Assembly: GCA_965240325.2 (NCBI GenBank)
Contig: OZ251224.1
Coordinates: forward strand, 1,674,001 to 1,738,000
Direction: 5' to 3'
Length of the DNA stretch: 64,000 nt
Source of the DNA: Rebecca billardiae RCC1528
Lineage: Eukaryota; Protista; Haptophyta
A program made the position numbers and the translations under genes. Below are positions 58,835 through 64,000 of the stretch, one piece after another. The notes under the pieces are model-generated. The model was not told the origin of the DNA. It saw only the letters and a list, made by a program, of their open reading frames with translations, and ran no database searches. Positions within the stretch are counted from its first letter, which is position 1, and each line of letters opens with the position of its first letter.

Positions 58835-60697
58835 ATGGCGGAGCCAAGCCGTCATCGGGCCCGGCGGTGCATCATCCACCTCGACATTGACGCCTTCTAC
58901 GCGCAGGTGGAGCACGTACGCCTCGGGATCCCTCGCGAGCAGCCGCTCGCCGTGCAGCAATGGACTGGTCTGCTCGCGGTCAACTACGCCGCCCGCCCGT
59001 ACGGCGTGAAGCGCGGCATGACGGGCGCTGACGCGAAGAAAGTCTGCCCGTCGATCATCATCGCTGATGTCGAGACGACCGGCGGGCCGGGCGCGGCGGG
59101 GGCCGGCGCCTCACCCGACCGTGAGCACATGAAGGTCGACCTTGAGCGGTACCGCGAGGCCTCGCGGCTGCTGTTCAGCGTGCTCGAGCGGGATGCCGCG
59201 CTGGTGGTGGAGAAGGCCGGGCTCGACGAGGCGTACGTGGACTGCACGGACGCGTGCCACGACGAGCTGCAGCGCGCGGGCGGCTGCCCTCCCGAGCTGC
59301 CCTCGGGCACCGTCGTGGCGGGCGACTCTGCGGAGCAGAGCGCGGATGCGGACCCAGGAGGCCGGGTCGCGGTGGTCGAGCCGCTGCTCCGCGCGGGCTG
59401 CGTCGTCGCGGCGCGGCTGCGCGAGGCGATCCTGTGCGAGCTGGACTTCACCTCGAGTGCGGGCATCGCGTGCAACAAGATGCTCGCCAAGCAGGCGTCG
59501 GCGCTCAACAAGCCCGCCTGCCAGACGGTCGTGCCCGAGGCGGCCGCGGAGCCGATGCTTCGCGACATCAAGCTGCGGGACGTTCGCGGGCTGGGCGGCA
59601 AGCTGGGGGACCGGGTGGAGGACCTGCTCGCGGAGGCGAGTGGGATGCCGAGCGGCGAGGCGAGCGCCGTCGTGCGCGGCCCGGGGCGGCGCGTGAGCCC
59701 GTGGACCGCGGGGGACGTCCTCACGCTGCTGCCGCTGCCGACGCTCATCGCTAGACTGGGCGAGCCGAGCGCGCACTACGTGTTGGAGCGCTGCACGGGC
59801 GTGGGCGACGACAAGGTGGAGCCGAGCGGGCCGCCGAAGAGCCTGATGGAGATGAAGAGCTTCTTTCTCAAGGACCGCTCCGTGGTGCACAAGTGGCTCC
59901 GCACGCTCTCCGAGAACCTCAGCGCGCGCGTGGCGGCGGACACGGCGCGGCACCAGCGTCGGCCGCGCACACTCACACTCGTCTTCTCGCGGCCGCGCGA
60001 GCCGATGCGCAGCAAGTCGGGCGCGTGGCCCGCGAGCACGCGCGCGCGCGAGGGCGGCGCGGAGTCCGAGCGGGTGCGGGCGGCCGCGCTCGCCCTCTTC
60101 GAGGCGGCGAACGCGCTCCCGCTCACGCGCCTCGCGCTGCAAGCCTCCAACTTTGTCGCAGACGAGAGCGGCTCAGGCTCCATCCGTCGCTTCCTGCAGC
60201 CGGGCGCGCCGCTGCGACAGCCGGCCGCAGCGCCGGCTGAGGCCGGCGCGGCCGCCCCGGCAGCGGCGGCAGCTGTCGTGGCGAGATCGCCTCGAGTGCT
60301 GGCGCGACGCGCGCAGGCGGCCCTTGGTCCCGCGCATCCACAGCCGTCTAGCTTGTCACAGGGCATGGCGCAGCAGCAGCAGCAGCAGCGGGAGCAGCGG
60401 CGGGAGCTGGGCACCGGAGCAAAGCGCACGCGGCCAGCCCCGGCTGGGCCGCTTGCGCAATACTTGGTCGGAGCTGCGCCTGCCAAGCGCGCCACGCCGG
60501 CAGAAGTGCCAGCGACAGCTGCGCATGCGGCAGGTAGCGGAGTCGGTGAGTGGGAGTGCAAGCTGTGCACGTTCCACAATGGCGCCTGCGCGCGCGCGTG
60601 TGATGCCTGCGGGACGCGACGTGGAGCGACAGTGCCAGAAGTGGCGCAGGTGGAGGCGTTCAAGCGGCACGTCGTCGACCCACGGGCACGGGTGTAG
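58835..60697 (+). CDS. POLH: Y-family DNA polymerase eta with C-terminal NZF/RanBP2-type zinc finger
   Basis: HLDIDAFYAQVE, LAVQQW...AVNYAAR, YREAS, EKAGLDEAYVD, NKMLAK..S..NKP..QT and RGLGGKLG. Confidence 0.9.
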   Translation: MAEPSRHRARRCIIHLDIDAFYAQVEHVRLGIPREQPLAVQQWTGLLAVNYAARPYGVKRGMTGADAKKVCPSIIIADVETTGGPGAAGAGASPDREHMKVDLERYREASRLLFSVLERDAALVVEKAGLDEAYVDCTDACHDELQRAGGCPPELPSGTVVAGDSAEQSADADPGGRVAVVEPLLRAGCVVAARLREAILCELDFTSSAGIACNKMLAKQASALNKPACQTVVPEAAAEPMLRDIKLRDVRGLGGKLGDRVEDLLAEASGMPSGEASAVVRGPGRRVSPWTAGDVLTLLPLPTLIARLGEPSAHYVLERCTGVGDDKVEPSGPPKSLMEMKSFFLKDRSVVHKWLRTLSENLSARVAADTARHQRRPRTLTLVFSRPREPMRSKSGAWPASTRAREGGAESERVRAAALALFEAANALPLTRLALQASNFVADESGSGSIRRFLQPGAPLRQPAAAPAEAGAAAPAAAAAVVARSPRVLARRAQAALGPAHPQPSSLSQGMAQQQQQQREQRRELGTGAKRTRPAPAGPLAQYLVGAAPAKRATPAEVPATAAHAAGSGVGEWECKLCTFHNGACARACDACGTRRGATVPEVAQVEAFKRHVVDPRARV

Positions 60698-61241
60698 GCC
60701 GCATGACGCGGCCAAGCCATAAGATACCGCCAGCTAGTGCATATAGCTAGCTGGCTGCCGAGGCTGACTTATTGATGATGATGGCACCGCGGCCAGTCCG
60801 CGCGGTGCCCACTGTCAGTGTGTCACTGAACCGGCGGCGCTATCAGTCCGACCCGGAGACTGGAGAGGATGAGGGGGTCGATGAGCAGGGTCATCAGTCA
60901 GACTGATGATGACTGCTCTGCCTGATGTACTGGCGTCGAAGTCTCATCAGAGCTAGCGAGCAGAGAGCAATACTGCCAAGACAGCAATAATTAAATATCA
61001 GCATCAGAGATACTGTATCATATCGGACTGCGCGGGCGGCGGAATCGCCTGCGGAAGTTCCGTGCGGCATGGCCAAGTCGGCCGGCCGGGAGCCTCAGCC
61101 CGTAACTGTGACGGCTCGGCCGTTGGCGGCGTGATGCAGTAACTCGTCCGCGCTGTACTGACTTTCTACTAGAGTGAGCTCTAGACAGGACACCTGCCTG
61201 TGCCGTGTGAGCTGCGATTGTTTCCATCGTGAAGCCCATGA

Positions 61242-62093
61242 TCAGAGCAGCATTCTCGGAGCAGCAATTGGATCGCGCGGGAAGAATTCGGGCAGCCCCG
61301 CAGCGGCGGCCTTGGGCTGCGCCGCAAGTGCTTCCTCGATGAGGCTCGATACGATGTGCTGGCCGGACGGCGAGAGGTGAAGGCCATCGCTGAGCAGGTG
61401 CCCAACGGGCGCGTTTCCGGAGGGACCGACCATCGCTCCGGCCACGTCGATGAACAGGCAGCCTGTTGCCGCTGCCGCGCGGGCAGCGAGCTCTCCATAC
61501 TCAGACACAAGGGCCATGCATCGGCCACCACCGTCTGCACCGTATGTGGCACGGCAATGTGCGTCCCACGCGGCAGCATCGACCGCAGTTGGGCTGAGCA
61601 CGAGGACGCAGGCGGTGGGGAAGGCGGCACGTAGCTCGCGGATGATCGCCGTCATGTTCTTCAAGAACTCGTTGGGTGGCACGTGCTGGAAGCTGCTAGG
61701 TGATGTTGCGTCATTAGCGCCGAGCATGACTGTCACAGCGACGGTGCAGAATCCGTCCGCGAGGAGCGGAGCGAGCAGGTCGGGGAGAATGCGAAGGAGC
61801 ATCCGAGACGTGTATCCAGAGAAGCCGCGGTTGAGCACGTCCGCCTTGCGCAAGTAGGCCCATTGCAGCTTGGCGACCCAGCCATCGTCAGATGGGCAGC
61901 TGCCATACTCCGTGATGCTGTCGCCGAAGCAGATGACGCGCGCGGGGCGCACGCTCCACGTCGACTCGTCGCGGGAGCGCAGATGACACGCTTGGCTGCT
62001 GCGCAGCCGCGTGCGCATCCAGACTGCTGCTAGGCCCGCGGCCACGCCGCACGCGGCGACCACTACCAATTGCCCAAGCTCGTTGGCCGCCAT
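61242..62093 (-). CDS. IAH1: SGNH/GDSL esterase, IAH1-like (copy 2, inverted duplicate)
   Basis: Near-identical to 42399-43250 with all catalytic blocks intact. Confidence 0.9.
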   Translation of the reverse strand: MAANELGQLVVVAACGVAAGLAAVWMRTRLRSSQACHLRSRDESTWSVRPARVICFGDSITEYGSCPSDDGWVAKLQWAYLRKADVLNRGFSGYTSRMLLRILPDLLAPLLADGFCTVAVTVMLGANDATSPSSFQHVPPNEFLKNMTAIIRELRAAFPTACVLVLSPTAVDAAAWDAHCRATYGADGGGRCMALVSEYGELAARAAAATGCLFIDVAGAMVGPSGNAPVGHLLSDGLHLSPSGQHIVSSLIEEALAAQPKAAAAGLPEFFPRDPIAAPRMLL

Positions 62094-62550
62094 AAGGACT
62101 GGCCGCGACGAGAGCCTCGATGTAGGCCGTTTTGAACGCGCGAAGGCACGACGAGGCGATGTGTGCAGGGGCGTGTGCAGCGCTGTCGGCGCCTTGGTGG
62201 CGTTGAGGAGGCCCGCGCTCACACGGCGGTCGTCCCCCAAGTCGGAGGTGCCAACGGCGAGCTCACGCGAAAGCCGGGCGGCAGCGGCCGACCAAAGGAA
62301 TTGGGCCGACGGACGTCCAAGGGCGTTCCCCGCACTGGTCATACGCCAAATCGAACCGCGTTCCTATTGAAATTGGCTTCCTCTATTTAAAGCGGGTACA
62401 TTTGATTACGGCCCGCGCCAGTCCGGTAGCAATGCCCCCCCCCAGGGGGGGGCATTGCTTTCGGGAGCGTGTGGCAGGATCCCGGGAACGCCCTTGAGAA
62501 GGCCCCACCGAATTGTCATCATCGTTATCACCAGTCAAGTGAGCAAACAA

Positions 62551-63536
62551 CGCGGCAAACTGCTTTTACAGTCTACAATGTTTTAACGTGCACACTTGGT
62601 AAAACACGGCGAGATACAGCATAGAATTAGTTCGCGTAAGCTATGCTGTACAGTTTACTAAGAATAAGAGACGCACACAGCTCAGGCAGGCGACAGTACC
62701 GACCTGCGGCAAACTGCTTTTACAGTTTACTATGTTTTAACGTGCACACTTGGTACTGAAACACAGCTTCATAGGCAGGCGAGATACAGCAGCATAGAAT
62801 TAGTTCGCGTAAGCTATGCTGTACAGTTTACTAAGAATAAGAGACGCACACAGCTCAGGCAGGCGACAGTACCGACCTCGGGCAGCAGCCGTACGTGCCG
62901 GCCAGCACGAGTGGTGGGGTGGCACCAGTGCCGGCCCCAGCCCGCAAGAGCAAACAGCCGGACGCCCCGCCCCCGGCCCCCGCAGCTGGTGACACAGCGG
63001 ACCCTCCGGGCAACAGAACCCCGCAGCCGGATTTGAGGCCGACACGCCACATTGGGGCCCATATCACCTGAGGGCCAGGCCTTCTGTGTGATATGCTCCC
63101 CCAGTCATGCCGCTTGATACACACCTTCCCCAACAGACAGTGGGGCTCCACATTCCATACTACATCCTCATCGGAATAATAACCTCATCCTGTCGGCGCG
63201 CTGTCGCATCTGCGCCCAGTCGGAGAGTTCGGACGACGACGTTTTGTGGACGACGGTAGGGCAAGGACGACGGGCGCTGGCGCGCCGCGAGGCGGCCGCA
63301 GCCCTCATCCAGGCCTCGCAGGCGGACGGCTGAACGAATCTTCCGACGGCGCTACCATCGGCGACGGCTTCATGGGCGGTGACAGTTGGCGGGCGTCAAT
63401 CGCGCCTGCCTGAGCTGTGTGCGACTCTTCTTTTAGTAAACTGTACAGTACGCCGGTCTGTTTTGTCGCGGTGTCTTTGTGCGGTGTTGGATCTTGGATG
63501 GCGTCAATCATGCCTGCGTAGTAATAAGTAAACTGT
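62551..63536. mobile_element. Nested Tc1/mariner-like MITEs: L-type ends (62568, 62723, 63536) enclosing an R-R element at 62824-63443; left junction tandemly duplicated
   Basis: TA|CAGTTTACTAAGAATAAGAG ... CTCTTCTTTTAGTAAACTG|TA. A unit of about 155-170 bp is repeated at 62551-62878. Confidence 0.7.
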
Positions 63537-64000
63537 ATACTACGTATTAGATGTATTTATTCGGCCGGCGGCGGAGGGGCGATAACCATAAACTGGGACA
63601 CAGCGCGTTCATGCGAGCCGCTCACTTGGTGGATCGCGCTGTGCACAATAGCTCAAAAGCCGCGTTCATGCTGTTCGATCGCGGAGCAGGTGGTGCGCTG
63701 CCACCACGCCGACTAGTCGACGACCGGATGATCGTCGGGCACTGCCGGTGAGACAGTGAGTGCCGCGATGACGAATCTAAGTCCGAGAAGGCAGGCGGCC
63801 ACATTATTATCGTCAGCCGATTATCACCGTCGGGTGGACTGTCGACAGAATAGTCGTCGTAATCATACTAGCTAATGATCGGCACTCGGCAGTTGAGAAT
63901 AGTTAGTAGCTAAGTAACAGCAGACGATGTAATTGTAAAGTGTCAAGTGACTCTGAGTGAACCGCCTCGATGCCAATAATCAATTCGATCGTCACCGATG

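Overview
This is very GC-rich eukaryotic genomic DNA with short (about 100-160 bp) spliceosomal introns, mostly with GTGCGC donors and one GC-AG intron. The style suggests a haptophyte-type alga, but that is inference. About 22 protein-coding genes sit in gene-dense blocks: an AAA ATPase fragment, a TVP15-like EF-hand protein, a P2X-like channel, a DEAD-box helicase, RPT4, a SOUL protein, CCDC13, TMEM165/GDT1, ISY1, a Nudix hydrolase, an SPPP-rich secreted protein, PRXL2-like, tandem GNA1, an MFS transporter, two IAH1-like copies, a 2OG oxygenase, SMYD, a STIM-like protein, PRCP and Pol eta. These blocks alternate with accessory regions full of nested non-autonomous mobile elements. The most notable observations are: (1) a membrane protein with tandem FN3-EF-SAM modules like the STIM luminal Ca2+ sensor but ending in a FYVE-like finger; (2) a degenerate transposon with CAC(A/G)GTG termini and a RAG1/Transib-like catalytic-Glu motif; (3) five copies of a cargo-carrying element with asymmetric inverted repeats, a terminal GAA-triloop hairpin and A|T junctions; (4) a 5'-truncated retroelement tail inserted three times into about 15 bp of a Tc1/mariner-type MITE; (5) a P2X-like gene with an IQ motif and a 37-nt intronic antisense copy of its own exon. 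All family assignments come from motif recognition by eye; no searches were run.
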